Source of the DNA: Escherichia coli
GTDB lineage: Bacteria; Pseudomonadota; Gammaproteobacteria; Enterobacterales; Enterobacteriaceae
Length of the DNA stretch: 64,000 bases
Assembly: GCF_003334765.1 (NCBI RefSeq)
Contig: NZ_QOWT01000022.1
Direction: 5' to 3' (one strand)
This document shows, in pieces, positions 16,110-26,493 of this stretch (positions are counted from its first letter, which is position 1; each line of letters starts with the position of its first letter). The notes under the pieces were generated by a model, which was given only the letters and a program-made list of their open reading frames with translations, did not search any database and was not told the DNA's origin. A program made the position numbers and the translations under genes.

Positions 16110-16254
16110 AAGGCAACATTCCTTCTAGATATGGCTTGTGGCGAGCCGTTGTTTGTCGTGATTAGTAGTGAAGGCTCCAAAAGAACACTTCTGGTTCAAC
16201 TTTAAGATCGCTTTTGGAATCTGTCAACGAATTTTGGATTTCTTTGGAGGACTT
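16110..16254. promoter_or_regulatory. Lysis/lysogeny switch region (expected pR/pL-type promoters and operators).
   Basis: The interval lies between the oppositely oriented apl-like and cI-like genes, as in 186/P2. I did not confidently map individual promoters. Confidence 0.4.
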
Positions 16255-16824
16255 GTGGATTTCAATAGCGGCGGTAAGAAAGCCATAGAACGTTTAGTTG
16301 AAGCATATGGGTTCGGTACCCGTCAGGCTCTATGTGATCATTTAGGTGTTTCTAAGAGCACCATGGCAACGCGCTATATGCGTGATATTTTTCCAGCAGA
16401 TTGGGTAATCCAGTGCGCCCTTGAAACGGGCACCTCGCTTAATTGGCTAACAACAGGGCATGGTTCAAAGCAAGCATCAGCAAATACAAATACTATAGAA
16501 GTAGAAAAATATTTATTGTCTGATGGAGCATTGCAGAAAGACGGTTTTTATATTTTTGATAAGGGATTTCTACCCTCTACGTTTAAAAAACCTTTTGTCA
16601 TCACAGATAACAATTCTGAATTTATTTGTGATAAAGAATTTGATGATATACGTGATGGTAAATGGGTAATAAGTATTGATGGCGAAATAACGATCCGTGA
16701 CATTACTCGTTTACCCGGTGGAAGAATCTTCGTCGAGGGTGGAAACAGAGCCTTCGAATGCAAGATAGAAGACATTGAAATAATTGGTAAAATTATAAGT
16801 TTAACAGTCAAGTATGTTAAATAG
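16255..16824 (+). CDS. cI: CI-type immunity repressor (N-terminal HTH, 189 aa from a GTG start).
   Basis: RBS GGAGGA lies before the GTG at 16255. The HTH segment is FGTRQALCDHLGVSKSTMATRYMRD. No S24 Ser/Lys cleavage motif is seen, which is consistent with an antirepressor-type induction as in 186. The start is uncertain; the ORF track gives 16168. Confidence 0.65.
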   Translation: MDFNSGGKKAIERLVEAYGFGTRQALCDHLGVSKSTMATRYMRDIFPADWVIQCALETGTSLNWLTTGHGSKQASANTNTIEVEKYLLSDGALQKDGFYIFDKGFLPSTFKKPFVITDNNSEFICDKEFDDIRDGKWVISIDGEITIRDITRLPGGRIFVEGGNRAFECKIEDIEIIGKIISLTVKYVK

Positions 16825-16839
16825 TACCGGGAGGAAACT

Positions 16840-17031
16840 ATGCTTGGTAAGGTATTTTTTGTGGTTTTGTCATGTTCTTTGTTATTAAACCCACTAACTA
16901 CCTATGCTAGAAATTATCCCTGCTCAGGGAAAAAGGGAGGTGTTTCTCACTGTACCTCAGATGGCAAATTCGTTTGCAATGATGGAACTATTAGTAAATC
17001 CAAAAAAATCTGTACTAAAAACTCACGATAA
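16840..17031 (+). CDS. Small secreted Cys-rich protein (63 aa), a moron between cI and int.
   Basis: RBS GGGAGGAAA. Signal-peptide-like N-terminus with a TYA|RN cleavage-type site. The mature ~40 aa has 4 Cys ([32 protein letters not shown]). Confidence 0.5.
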   Translation: MLGKVFFVVLSCSLLLNPLTTYARNYPCSGKKGGVSHCTSDGKFVCNDGTISKSKKICTKNSR

Positions 17032-17219
17032 CTTTTGCTTTTATATCTGCGTCTAAAATAAAAATGAGCCGCAGGTTAACCGCAAAAGTTACATGCTCAC
17101 ATAGCAAAAAGAATAGCCAACTTAATTATGGCTTCAGTGAGATGTATGGTCGTAGGATTTCATACATTGACACTGGTTATACATACAGTGAAAATGCTCT
17201 CTACTGGAGGGCATTTTTT

Positions 17220-18296
17220 ATGGCAGTACGAAAACTCACCACTGGGAAATGGCTTTGCGAATGTTACCCCGCCGGACGAAGTGGGCGTCGTGTGCGTAAA
17301 CAATTCGTCACCAAAGGCGAAGCACTGGCTTTTGAGCGCCACACGATGGAAGAAACCGAAGCAAAGCCCTGGCTGGGTGAATCAGTGGATCGTCGAACAC
17401 TGAAAGACGTGGTTGAGCTATGGTTCAAACTACATGGTAAATCTCTGACAGCTGGGCAGCATGTCTATGACAAATTGCTGTTGATGGTTGACGCTCTGGG
17501 CAATCCTCTTGCAACCGATCTCACCTCTAAAATGTTTGCCCACTATCGAGATAAACGCCTGACAGGCGAGATCTACTTCAGCGAGAAATGGAAGAAAGGA
17601 GCAAGCCCGGTCACCATTAACCTGGAGCAAAGCTATCTAAGTAGTGTTTTTAGCGAACTATCCCGTCTGGGCGAATGGTCGTATCCGAACCCACTGGAGA
17701 ACATGCGAAAATTCACCATCGCAGAAAAAGAGATGGCATGGCTTACCCATGAGCAGATTGTTGAATTGCTGGCTGATTGCAAACGTCAGGACCCAATTCT
17801 GGCACTGGTAGTTAAGATATGCTTAAGCACAGGCGCACGCTGGCGTGAAGCCGTAAATCTTACCCGCTCACAGGTGACCAAATACCGAATTACCTTTGTC
17901 AGAACGAAGGGGAAGAAAAACAGAAGCATCCCTATCAGTAAAGAGCTTTACGAAGAGATCATGGCGCTTGATGGGTTCAATTTCTTCACAGACTGCTATT
18001 TTCAATTTTTATCCGTGATGGAAAAAACGTCTATCGTGCTCCCTCGCGGTCAACTCACACACGTTCTGCGCCATACGTTTGCGGCGCACTTCATGATGTC
18101 GGGTGGAAACATTCTGGCCTTACAAAAAATTCTCGGACACCACGATATAAAAATGACTATGCGTTACGCACATCTGGCACCGGATCATCTGGAAACGGCG
18201 CTCCGTTTCAATCCTCTGGCAACGCTGCCAAGTGGCGACAAAGTGGCGACAAAGTGGCGGCAGCGGTTGGCATTACCCCGTAATAACCACCACTGA
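17220..18296 (+). CDS. int: Tyrosine integrase (P2/186 Int family).
   Basis: MAVRKLTTGKWLCECYPAGRSGRRVRKQF is a typical P2-family Int N-terminus. Catalytic residues lie in TGARWREA, HVLRHTFA and MTMRYAHL. The ORF-track start at 17064 was rejected. Confidence 0.9.
   Translation: MAVRKLTTGKWLCECYPAGRSGRRVRKQFVTKGEALAFERHTMEETEAKPWLGESVDRRTLKDVVELWFKLHGKSLTAGQHVYDKLLLMVDALGNPLATDLTSKMFAHYRDKRLTGEIYFSEKWKKGASPVTINLEQSYLSSVFSELSRLGEWSYPNPLENMRKFTIAEKEMAWLTHEQIVELLADCKRQDPILALVVKICLSTGARWREAVNLTRSQVTKYRITFVRTKGKKNRSIPISKELYEEIMALDGFNFFTDCYFQFLSVMEKTSIVLPRGQLTHVLRHTFAAHFMMSGGNILALQKILGHHDIKMTMRYAHLAPDHLETALRFNPLATLPSGDKVATKWRQRLALPRNNHH
18232..18260 (+). repeat. Tandem 11-nt repeat GTGGCGACAAA x2 plus a partial copy, inside the 3' end of int.
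   Basis: Read directly: GTGGCGACAAA GTGGCGACAAA GTGGCGG. Confidence 0.8.
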
Positions 18297-18304
18297 CCAC
18301 CAAC

Positions 18305-18338
18305 CTAACTTATTGTTTTTAATCTAACTTATTGTTTT
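18305..18338 (+). repeat. Two direct copies of CTAACTTATTGTTTT, 19 nt apart, just downstream of int (possible Int arm-type sites).
   Basis: Read directly at 18305-18319 and 18324-18338. The functional assignment is inference from P2-type attP architecture. Confidence 0.6.
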
Positions 18339-18342
18339 CATT

Positions 18343-18371
18343 AACCCGTTTACATAAATGGGTTTTTTGTT
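18343..18371 (+). terminator. rybB: Rho-independent terminator hairpin at attR. Its right arm and U-tract match the 3' end of sRNA rybB as I recall it.
   Basis: AACCCGTTT-acat-AAATGGGTT followed by TTTTTGTT. The remembered RybB 3' end is ...GGUUGAUGGGUUUUUUGUU, 17 nt from the rcdA stop in K-12, and the same 17-nt spacing is seen here. The RybB 5' seed region is not present in the window. Confidence 0.5.
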
Positions 18372-18387
18372 ATCTAAAACTTATCTA

Positions 18388-18924
18388 CTACCCTGCAACC
18401 CTCTCAACCATCCTCAAAATCTCCTCGCGCGATAGCGGCTTACGGTCGGTGACAAAATGCAGCGTCATCCCCTCAATAAACGCATCAAGCGCGCGGGCGG
18501 TTCCGGGTTCAAACCATTGTTCGAGCGTTTGCTGACTGCGCTGCATCCAGTTTTGCATTACCGTTTTTAATAGCGGTTTTCGGCTAGCCAGCGCGTAGAG
18601 CTGGTACATCAGCTCCATGTTATCCGGCGTTGCAACCTGTGAGCTGTAGATCATATCGGTGATAGCCTGGCATGCGCCCGGAGCATCACTAACATCGCTA
18701 AAAAATGCCTGATATTGCCGGGACATGATCTCAGTAAAACTGCTGAACGCCTCCAGTAACAACTCATCAATTCCTGAAAAATAGTAGGTCATCGATCCCA
18801 ACGGTACCCCGGCAAGGGTAGCAATTTTGCGGTGCGTAACAGCATGTATTCCGTAAAGTTTCACCGCCTCCAGCGTGGCCTGGATAATTTTTTCTCGCCG
18901 TTGCGGATCGTTAGCGCGACGCAT
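18388..18924 (-). CDS. rcdA: TetR-family transcriptional regulator RcdA (YbjK).
   Basis: 178 aa from [35 protein letters not shown], which matches K-12 RcdA. Confidence 0.9.
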
Positions 18925-19007
18925 GTCATTTCCTCTCTCTGCAATTGTGTACAAATGTACACAACCTTGCTAATGTTGTCTTCCCTCTTCTTATTTTGAC
19001 GTGATCT

Positions 19008-20216
19008 ATGACCGTAAATTCTTCACGTAATGCATTGAAACGCCGAACCTGGGCGCTGTTTATGTTCTTCTTTTTGCCAGGCCTGTTAATGGCGTCCTGG
19101 GCAACCCGTACGCCTGCTATCCGCGATATTCTCTCTGTCTCGATCGCTGAAATGGGCGGTGTTCTCTTTGGTCTGTCGATCGGTTCGATGAGCGGTATTC
19201 TCTGCTCGGCGTGGTTAGTGAAACGCTTTGGGACACGTAATGTCATCCTGGTCACGATGTCCTGCGCATTGATCGGGATGATGATATTAAGTCTGGCACT
19301 CTGGCTGACATCGCCCCTGCTCTTTGCCGTTGGTCTCGGCGTCTTTGGGGCAAGTTTTGGTTCTGCGGAAGTGGCGATAAACGTTGAAGGTGCTGCCGTT
19401 GAGCGAGAAATGAATAAGACGGTTTTGCCGATGATGCACGGTTTTTATAGCCTGGGCACGCTGGCAGGCGCAGGTGTCGGGATGGCACTGACGGCCTTTG
19501 GCGTTCCGGCAACGGTGCACATTTTATTGGCGGCGCTGGTAGGTATCGCACCTATTTATATCGCCATTCAGGCAATCCCTGACGGTACGGGCAAAAATGC
19601 TGCCGATGGCACCCAGCATGGCGAAAAAGGCGTACCTTTTTATCGCGATATCCAGTTGCTGCTGATAGGTGTTGTGGTGCTGGCGATGGCCTTTGCCGAA
19701 GGTTCTGCCAACGACTGGTTACCCTTATTAATGGTTGACGGTCACGGTTTTAGCCCTACTTCCGGCTCGCTGATTTATGCCGGTTTTACCCTGGGGATGA
19801 CCGTTGGACGCTTCACCGGCGGTTGGTTCATCGACCGTTACAGTCGCGTTGCCGTGGTTCGGGCCAGTGCACTAATGGGGGCGTTGGGTATTGGGCTGAT
19901 TATTTTTGTCGATAGCGCCTGGGTCGCTGGGGTGTCTGTTGTACTCTGGGGACTGGGTGCCTCGCTGGGCTTCCCGCTGACCATTTCTGCCGCCAGCGAT
20001 ACCGGCCCCGATGCACCAACCCGCGTCAGTGTGGTAGCAACGACCGGTTATCTGGCTTTCCTCGTCGGGCCGCCGCTGCTGGGCTATCTCGGCGAACATT
20101 ATGGATTACGTAGTGCAATGCTGGTTGTACTGGCGCTGGTTATTCTCGCGGCTATTGTCGCGAAAGCCGTCGCCAAACCCGATACCAAAACGCAGACGGC
20201 GATGGAGAATAGTTGA
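19008..20216 (+). CDS. ybjJ: MFS transporter YbjJ.
   Basis: 402 aa, [27 protein letters not shown]..., with K-12 synteny. Confidence 0.9.
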
Positions 20217-21031
20217 TGAGCATTAAATTAATTGCGGTAGACATGGATGGTACTTTCTTAAGCGATCAAAAAACCTATAACCGTGAGCGGTTTATGGCTC
20301 AGTATCAGCAAATGAAAGCACAAGGAATTCGCTTTGTAGTCGCCAGCGGGAATCAATATTATCAGTTGATCTCTTTCTTCCCTGAAATTGCTAATGAAAT
20401 TGCCTTTGTGGCTGAAAACGGCGGCTGGGTAGTGAGCGAAGGCAAAGATGTTTTTAATGGCGAGCTATCGAAGGATGCGTTTGCTACTGTCGTGGAACAT
20501 TTGCTGACGCGCCCGGAAGTGGAAATTATTGCCTGCGGAAAAAATAGTGCCTATACACTCAAAAAATATGACGATGCCATGAAAACGGTGGCGGAAATGT
20601 ATTATCACCGTCTGGAATACGTCGATAACTTTGACAACTTAGAGGATATCTTCTTTAAGTTTGGCCTGAATCTTTCCGATGAACTGATTCCACAAGTACA
20701 AAAAGCATTACATGAGGCCATCGGCGATATTATGGTGTCGGTCCACACCGGCAACGGCAGCATCGATCTGATTATCCCCGGCGTACATAAAGCCAATGGC
20801 CTTCGCCAACTGCAGAAATTATGGGGAATAGACGACAGCGAAGTGGTGGTCTTTGGCGATGGCGGTAACGATATTGAGATGCTGCGTCAGGCAGGCTTTA
20901 GTTTTGCAATGGAAAATGCCGGTAGCGCGGTCGTCGCAGCGGCAAAATACCGCGCAGGCTCCAATAACCGTGAAGGCGTACTGGATGTGATCGATAAAGT
21001 TCTTAAACACGAAGCGCCATTTGACCAATAA
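20216..21031 (+). CDS. ybjI: HAD-family FMN/sugar phosphatase YbjI.
   Basis: [15 protein letters not shown] (the DxD HAD motif), 271 aa. Confidence 0.9.
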   Translation: MSIKLIAVDMDGTFLSDQKTYNRERFMAQYQQMKAQGIRFVVASGNQYYQLISFFPEIANEIAFVAENGGWVVSEGKDVFNGELSKDAFATVVEHLLTRPEVEIIACGKNSAYTLKKYDDAMKTVAEMYYHRLEYVDNFDNLEDIFFKFGLNLSDELIPQVQKALHEAIGDIMVSVHTGNGSIDLIIPGVHKANGLRQLQKLWGIDDSEVVVFGDGGNDIEMLRQAGFSFAMENAGSAVVAAAKYRAGSNNREGVLDVIDKVLKHEAPFDQ

Positions 21032-21116
21032 AACCGGCAGCACGCCCGGCAACACAATGCCTGAATGAAGGCTGCATAATTCGCGGAAATTAACCCGCTG
21101 CATTATTTCAGGCGAA

Positions 21117-21401
21117 ATGATTATGAAAAATTGTCTACTGTTGGGCGCGCTTTTAATGGGCTTTACTGGTGTGGCGATGGCGCAAAGTGTCACCGTCGAT
21201 GTGCCGAGTGGATACAAAGTGGTTGTGGTTCCTGATTCAGTCAGCGTTCCACAAGCGGTCAGCGTCGCGACTGTGCCGCAAACCGTCTATGTGGCTCCTG
21301 CGCCAGCTCCGGCTTACCGCCCGCATCCTTATGTTCGCCATCTTGCCAGCGTAGGTGAAGGGATGGTTATCGAACACCAGATTGACGACCATCACCATTA
21401 A
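21117..21401 (+). CDS. ybjH: Small secreted protein YbjH.
   Basis: 94 aa with a signal peptide, in K-12 synteny. Confidence 0.8.
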   Translation: MIMKNCLLLGALLMGFTGVAMAQSVTVDVPSGYKVVVVPDSVSVPQAVSVATVPQTVYVAPAPAPAYRPHPYVRHLASVGEGMVIEHQIDDHHH

Positions 21402-21441
21402 TTCGAGAATGCCTGATCGCACAAAGCAGTCAGGCATTTTT

Positions 21442-22674
21442 TTACCCTTCGTGAGAATTTCCCATCTGTTTATCTTTTAAAAAGATAACCATCAGCGACA
21501 GCCACAAAATTCCGTTGACAAGGTTGAAGAGATTAAACAGTCCGTTGCCCCCGTTCAGCCAGGCATGTTTGCTGATTTCAATACCAACGGTAAAGATCAG
21601 CATTTGCAGCATTCCCATCGCGGCAGAAACCGTACCTTTACTCATATCGCTGGCAAACAGGGTTAATCGCACCAGTCCCGCATTCGCCAGACCAATACCG
21701 AAAGCATAAATACTTAACCCGGCAGTCATCCATAAATACGCGTGCGATGAGATAACCGTTGCCGCAGCAGCGACCAATAGACCAATCATAATCGGCCAGC
21801 CGCCCATAATAATCAGCGAACGTACGGTGCGGCGCGAGGTCAGACGCGCTAACAGCAAGTTACCCGCAATTAACGCCCCGAAAATAGGCACTTGCAGCAA
21901 GCCATATTCATAGCTGCTCAACTGCTCGCCGGTAATGATGATAATCGGCGACTGGGCGATCCACGCCAGCAACGGCAGACTAACGAATCCCAGCGCCAGC
22001 GCCCCCGCCACAAAGCGGCCGTTCTTCAGCACCAGCTTATAGTCACGACCGAGTTCTTTCAGTGACAGTTTCTCGCCTATACGCGTGGCGGTTTCAGGCA
22101 TGGCTCGTTGCAGACCGAAAAAGGAGATCGCTGCCAATGCGGCAAACAAAACAAACATCCCCTCCCAGGGCAGCACATGGATCCACGCCGCGCCCACCAG
22201 CGGACCAAGTAGCGGAGCAATCAGCGCCACGTTCGCCATCAGCGCGGTGATCTTGATACAAACCGCCTCTTCGAAGGATTCCTGAATTGCGGCGTATCCC
22301 ACAGCGCCAATGAAACAGAGGCTTATGCCCTGCAAGAAGCGCAACAGGGTGAATTGTTCAATGTTTTGCGCCAGCAATATTGCCAGACAGGTGACGATAA
22401 ACCACACCACTCCCGCCAGCATCACCGGACGGCGACCAATACGATCCGACAGCGGCCCCAGCAGCCATTGTAAAAACATCCCGCCCGCCAGATACGCGGT
22501 CATCGAAGTAGGAACCCAATCAATGCCCGCCTGATATTGTTCCACCACGGCCAACATACCGGGTTGAATCATATCGTTGCCGATATAGGTTGAAAATTCG
22601 TAAAGCACCAGACAGAGAGGGAAAAGTAACGCCTGACGTCCAAGCCTGGCACCGGAAGCTAATTTATTTTGCAT
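21442..22674 (-). CDS. mdfA: Multidrug efflux MFS transporter MdfA (Cmr).
   Basis: 410 aa, [39 protein letters not shown].... Confidence 0.92.
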
Positions 22675-22958
22675 GCAATTTCTTCGCCAATAATAATCGC
22701 GCAGAGTTTAATAAAAGCGCAGCTAACGAGAAAGCGAATTTTGTAGCTGAAACCACGGTTAAGCACATTCTTACATTATTACGAGTATAGCTACGCTTTC
22801 TTTAAGTTTTATTTAACCTATGCCCGTTACAATCACCCACCGTAAACAGGCCGCTTGAGGGAAATAAGACGATGCCGCTTTACCCAGTTTAACCTGCACT
22901 TTATTCTCAACGACTTGCCTGTATTGGCTCCCTTTTAATCACTTTGCGTCGGGAAGTT

Positions 22959-23555
22959 ATGCTGGAAAATTTGAATCTCTCTCTATTCTCTCTTATTAAC
23001 GCGACGCCAGACTCGGCTCCGTGGATGATCTCGTTGGCGATTTTTATTGCTAAAGATTTGATTACCGTGGTGCCGTTGCTGGCCGTGGTACTTTGGTTGT
23101 GGGGGCTTACAGCACAACGGCAACTGGTGATAAAAATCGCTATCGCGCTGGCGGTCAGCCTGTTTGTGTCCTGGACGATGGGACATCTTTTTCCGCACGA
23201 CCGACCCTTTGTCGAAAATATCGGCTATAACTTCCTGCATCATGCGGCGGATGACTCATTCCCAAGCGATCACGGTACGGTGATTTTCACCTTTGCACTG
23301 GCATTTTTATGCTGGCATCGCCTGTGGTCCGGCTCACTTTTAATGGTGCTGGCCGTCGTCATTGCCTGGTCGCGCGTTTATCTTGGCGTCCACTGGCCGC
23401 TGGATATGCTCGGTGGATTGCTGGCAGGTATGATTGGCTGCCTTAGTGCCCAGATTATCTGGCAAGCGATGGGGCATAAACTCTATCAACGTCTGCAATC
23501 GTGGTATCGCGTCTGTTTTGCATTACCGATCCGCAAAGGCTGGGTGCGTGACTGA
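22959..23555 (+). CDS. ybjG: Undecaprenyl-pyrophosphate phosphatase YbjG (PAP2 family).
   Basis: 198 aa from MLENLNLSLFSLINATPDS, with PAP2 motifs (PSDHG and SRVYLGVHWPLD). Confidence 0.9.
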   Translation: MLENLNLSLFSLINATPDSAPWMISLAIFIAKDLITVVPLLAVVLWLWGLTAQRQLVIKIAIALAVSLFVSWTMGHLFPHDRPFVENIGYNFLHHAADDSFPSDHGTVIFTFALAFLCWHRLWSGSLLMVLAVVIAWSRVYLGVHWPLDMLGGLLAGMIGCLSAQIIWQAMGHKLYQRLQSWYRVCFALPIRKGWVRD

Positions 23556-23612
23556 TCTCTGCTAAAAAGTGTAGTATTGAGCGGCTCGCTTCAATAACTA
23601 TTCAGAGGGATT

Positions 23613-24371
23613 ATGGAAACACGTCGCGAAGAGCGTATCGGGCAGCTGCTGCAAGAATTAAAACGCAGCGATAAGTTACATCTTAAAGACGCCGCCGCCC
23701 TGCTTGGGGTTTCGGAGATGACGATTCGTCGCGATCTGAACAACCACAGTGCGCCCGTCGTTTTGCTCGGCGGCTATATTGTTCTGGAACCGCGCAGTGC
23801 CAGCCATTACCTGTTAAGCGATCAAAAATCCCGCCTGGTGGAAGAAAAACGCCGGGCGGCAAAACTGGCTGCGACGCTGGTAGAACCCGATCAGACCCTC
23901 TTTTTTGACTGTGGCACCACCACGCCGTGGATTATTGAAGCGATTGATAATGAAATCCCTTTTACCGCCGTTTGTTATTCGCTAAATACCTTTCTGGCGC
24001 TGAAAGAGAAACCCCATTGCCGCGCGTTTCTTTGCGGTGGTGAATTTCACGCCAGCAACGCCATTTTCAAACCCATCGATTTTCAGCAAACGCTGAATAA
24101 TTTTTGCCCGGATATCGCTTTTTATTCTGCGGCGGGCGTGCATGTCAGTAAAGGCGCTACCTGTTTTAATCTTGAAGAGTTGCCGGTAAAACACTGGGCC
24201 ATGTCGATGGCGCAAAAGCATGTGCTGGTTGTCGACCACAGTAAATTTGGCAAGGTGCGTCCGGCGCGCATGGGTGACCTGAAACGCTTTGATATTGTGG
24301 TGAGCGATTGTTGCCCGGAAGATGAGTATGTGAAGTACGCGCAGACGCAGCGCATTAAGTTGATGTATTAA
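23613..24371 (+). CDS. deoR: Deoxyribose operon repressor DeoR.
   Basis: 252 aa, METRREERIGQLLQELKRSDKLHLKDAAALLGVSEMTIRRDL. Confidence 0.92.
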   Translation: METRREERIGQLLQELKRSDKLHLKDAAALLGVSEMTIRRDLNNHSAPVVLLGGYIVLEPRSASHYLLSDQKSRLVEEKRRAAKLAATLVEPDQTLFFDCGTTTPWIIEAIDNEIPFTAVCYSLNTFLALKEKPHCRAFLCGGEFHASNAIFKPIDFQQTLNNFCPDIAFYSAAGVHVSKGATCFNLEELPVKHWAMSMAQKHVLVVDHSKFGKVRPARMGDLKRFDIVVSDCCPEDEYVKYAQTQRIKLMY

Positions 24372-24379
24372 TGACGTAT

Positions 24380-24408
24380 AACCGGATGACGTTTCGCGCC
24401 ATCCGGTT
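24380..24408. terminator. Hairpin between the convergent deoR and dacC genes.
   Basis: AACCGGATG...CATCCGGTT inverted repeat. Confidence 0.45.
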
Positions 24409-24417
24409 ATCAGAAGA

Positions 24418-25620
24418 TTAAGAGAACCAGCTGCCGAACCACTGATGGAATTTCATCATCACGAAATCCCACACCCGACCAAAGAATCCGCCCTCTTCCA
24501 CATTTTCCATCACGATCAGCGGACGCTGCTCAATGGATTTACCGTTAAGCTGGAAATCAATGGTCCCGACAACCTGACCTTTTTTCAGCGGTGCGGTAAG
24601 CTGCGGTTCCGTTAACGTATAACTCGCTTTCAGGTTTTTCAGCTGCCCACGCGGTATGGTCACTGAGCCCGCTTCACCTGCCCCGAGATTCACTTCGCTC
24701 TTATCACCAAACCAGACGCGCTGAGTCACAAAGGTGGCATCAGGTTTAATTGGCGTCACGGTTTCAAAGAAGCGGAAACCCCAGGTCAATAATTTCTCAG
24801 ACTCATTAAAACGGATACGGTCGGTTTTCGCCCCCAACACTACGGAGATTAAACGCATATCGCCCTGGGTAGCCGAAGCAACCAGATTATATCCCGCGCC
24901 TGCCGTGGTTCCTGTCTTCATGCCATCAACATTCAGATTGCTGCTCCACAGCAGACGGTTACGGTTAGGCTGACGAATTTTGTTGAAGGTGAACTCTTTC
25001 TCTTTATGAATGGCGTACTCTTCCGGCACATCGTGGATCAATGCTTTACCCAGCAATGCCATATCGCGCGCGGTGCTGAACTGCCCCGGCGCATCCAGGC
25101 CGTGCACCGTCTGGAAGGTAGTGTTGGTCAGACCCAGTTTTTTGGCATAACCATTCATCAGACCAATAAATGACTCCTGGCTCCCGGCAACGTAATCAGC
25201 CAGCGCAATACAGGCGTCATTACCGGACTGGATAATCACACCTTTGTTCAAGTCTGCCACCGAAACCTGATCGCCCGGTTTGAGGAACATTACCGATGAA
25301 CCACGCAGTGCCGGATTTCCCGTCGCCCAGGCATCTTTACCGACCGTCACCATATCGGTGAGTTTAATCTTATCGGCCTTAAGCGCCTGCCCAACCACAT
25401 AGCTGGTCATGATTTTAGTCAGGCTCGCGGGATCCAGTTTCTCATCCGCATTGCCTTCTGCCAGCACTTTACCGCTGGCGTAATCCATTAAAATCCATGC
25501 ACGCGCATCCACGCTCGGCGCTTCAACGGTTTGTTCCGCCGCGAATGCCGTTGGGGCAAAAAGGAATAAAAATGCAGAACCCGCTGCAAGACCACGAAGG
25601 AGAGAGGAGTATTGCGTCAT
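24418..25620 (-). CDS. dacC: D-alanyl-D-alanine carboxypeptidase DacC (PBP6).
   Basis: 400 aa from [17 protein letters not shown], with SLTK, SGN and KTG motifs. Confidence 0.92.
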   Translation of the reverse strand: MTQYSSLLRGLAAGSAFLFLFAPTAFAAEQTVEAPSVDARAWILMDYASGKVLAEGNADEKLDPASLTKIMTSYVVGQALKADKIKLTDMVTVGKDAWATGNPALRGSSVMFLKPGDQVSVADLNKGVIIQSGNDACIALADYVAGSQESFIGLMNGYAKKLGLTNTTFQTVHGLDAPGQFSTARDMALLGKALIHDVPEEYAIHKEKEFTFNKIRQPNRNRLLWSSNLNVDGMKTGTTAGAGYNLVASATQGDMRLISVVLGAKTDRIRFNESEKLLTWGFRFFETVTPIKPDATFVTQRVWFGDKSEVNLGAGEAGSVTIPRGQLKNLKASYTLTEPQLTAPLKKGQVVGTIDFQLNGKSIEQRPLIVMENVEEGGFFGRVWDFVMMKFHQWFGSWFS

Positions 25621-25866
25621 AAATGCCACCCGAGTATCCATTCAAAAAAAATACGTTATATCGCCGTATGATAAGTTTGGTGATTAATAACGCACACACA
25701 AACTTAAAGAAACCGTAAGTTGGTAAAGTTTTTAAAGTTTATGCAATATCCTGCCGCTTCGCTGCTTCTGGTGTCATTTTTTTGCCAGCTGTTGCTTAAA
25801 AGTTAACTTTACTTCACCATCGGAGTCCTGTTCAGCCTGTGGCTGCCTGTCGGAAAAGGGGTGAGT

Positions 25867-26493
25867 ATGATTACGCTGTGGGGTCGGAATAATTCAACTA
25901 ACGTAAAAAAAGTATTGCTGACGCTCGAAGAACTGGAACTACCTTATGAGCAAATTCTCGCGGGCCGTGAGTTTGGGATAAATCACGATGCTGATTTTCT
26001 GGCGATGAACCCTAACGGGCTGGTGCCGTTGTTGCGTGACGACGAAAGTGATCTCATTCTTTGGGAATCAAACGCCATTGTCCGCTATCTGGCGGCACAG
26101 TACGGGCAAAAACGCCTGTGGATCGACTCACCGGCACGTCGTGCGGAAGCGGAAAAATGGATGGACTGGGCAAACCAGACGCTCAGTAATGCTCATCGCG
26201 GGATCCTGATGGGATTAGTCAGAACACCACCGGAAGAGCGCGATCAGGCCGCCATTGATGCCAGTTGCAAAGAGTGCGACGCCCTGTTTGCCCTGCTCGA
26301 TGCGGAACTGGCAAAAGTAAAATGGTTCTCTGGCGACGAGTTTGGTGTGGGCGATATCGCTATCGCACCGTTCATCTACAATTTGTTTAACGTTGGCCTG
26401 ACCTGGACACCGCGTCCAAATCTGCAACGCTGGTATCAGCAACTCACTGAACGCCCCGCAGTGCGCAAAGTGGTGATGATTCCCGTTAGCTAA
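25867..26493 (+). CDS. gstB: Glutathione S-transferase GstB (YliJ).
   Basis: 208 aa from [23 protein letters not shown]. Confidence 0.9.

Larger units (their letters stand above)
1..18357. mobile_element. Right-hand portion of a 186/P2-like prophage (tail/baseplate genes, deletion scar, cos, cargo loci, early/lysogeny region, int, attR). The left end is outside the window.
   Basis: Gene order H-I-J-W-V-S-R'/'Q-cos-...-A-dam-...-cII-apl-cI-int matches the circularly permuted P2/186 map. The CII protein is near-identical in length and sequence to my recollection of 186 CII. K-12-like core sequence resumes at ~18357. Confidence 0.9.

Noticed and set aside
17064-17219. Upstream start for the integrase (410-aa ORF).
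   Set aside because: P2-family integrases begin at the MAVRKLTTGKW-type sequence. The extension has no RBS and reads through the intergenic region.
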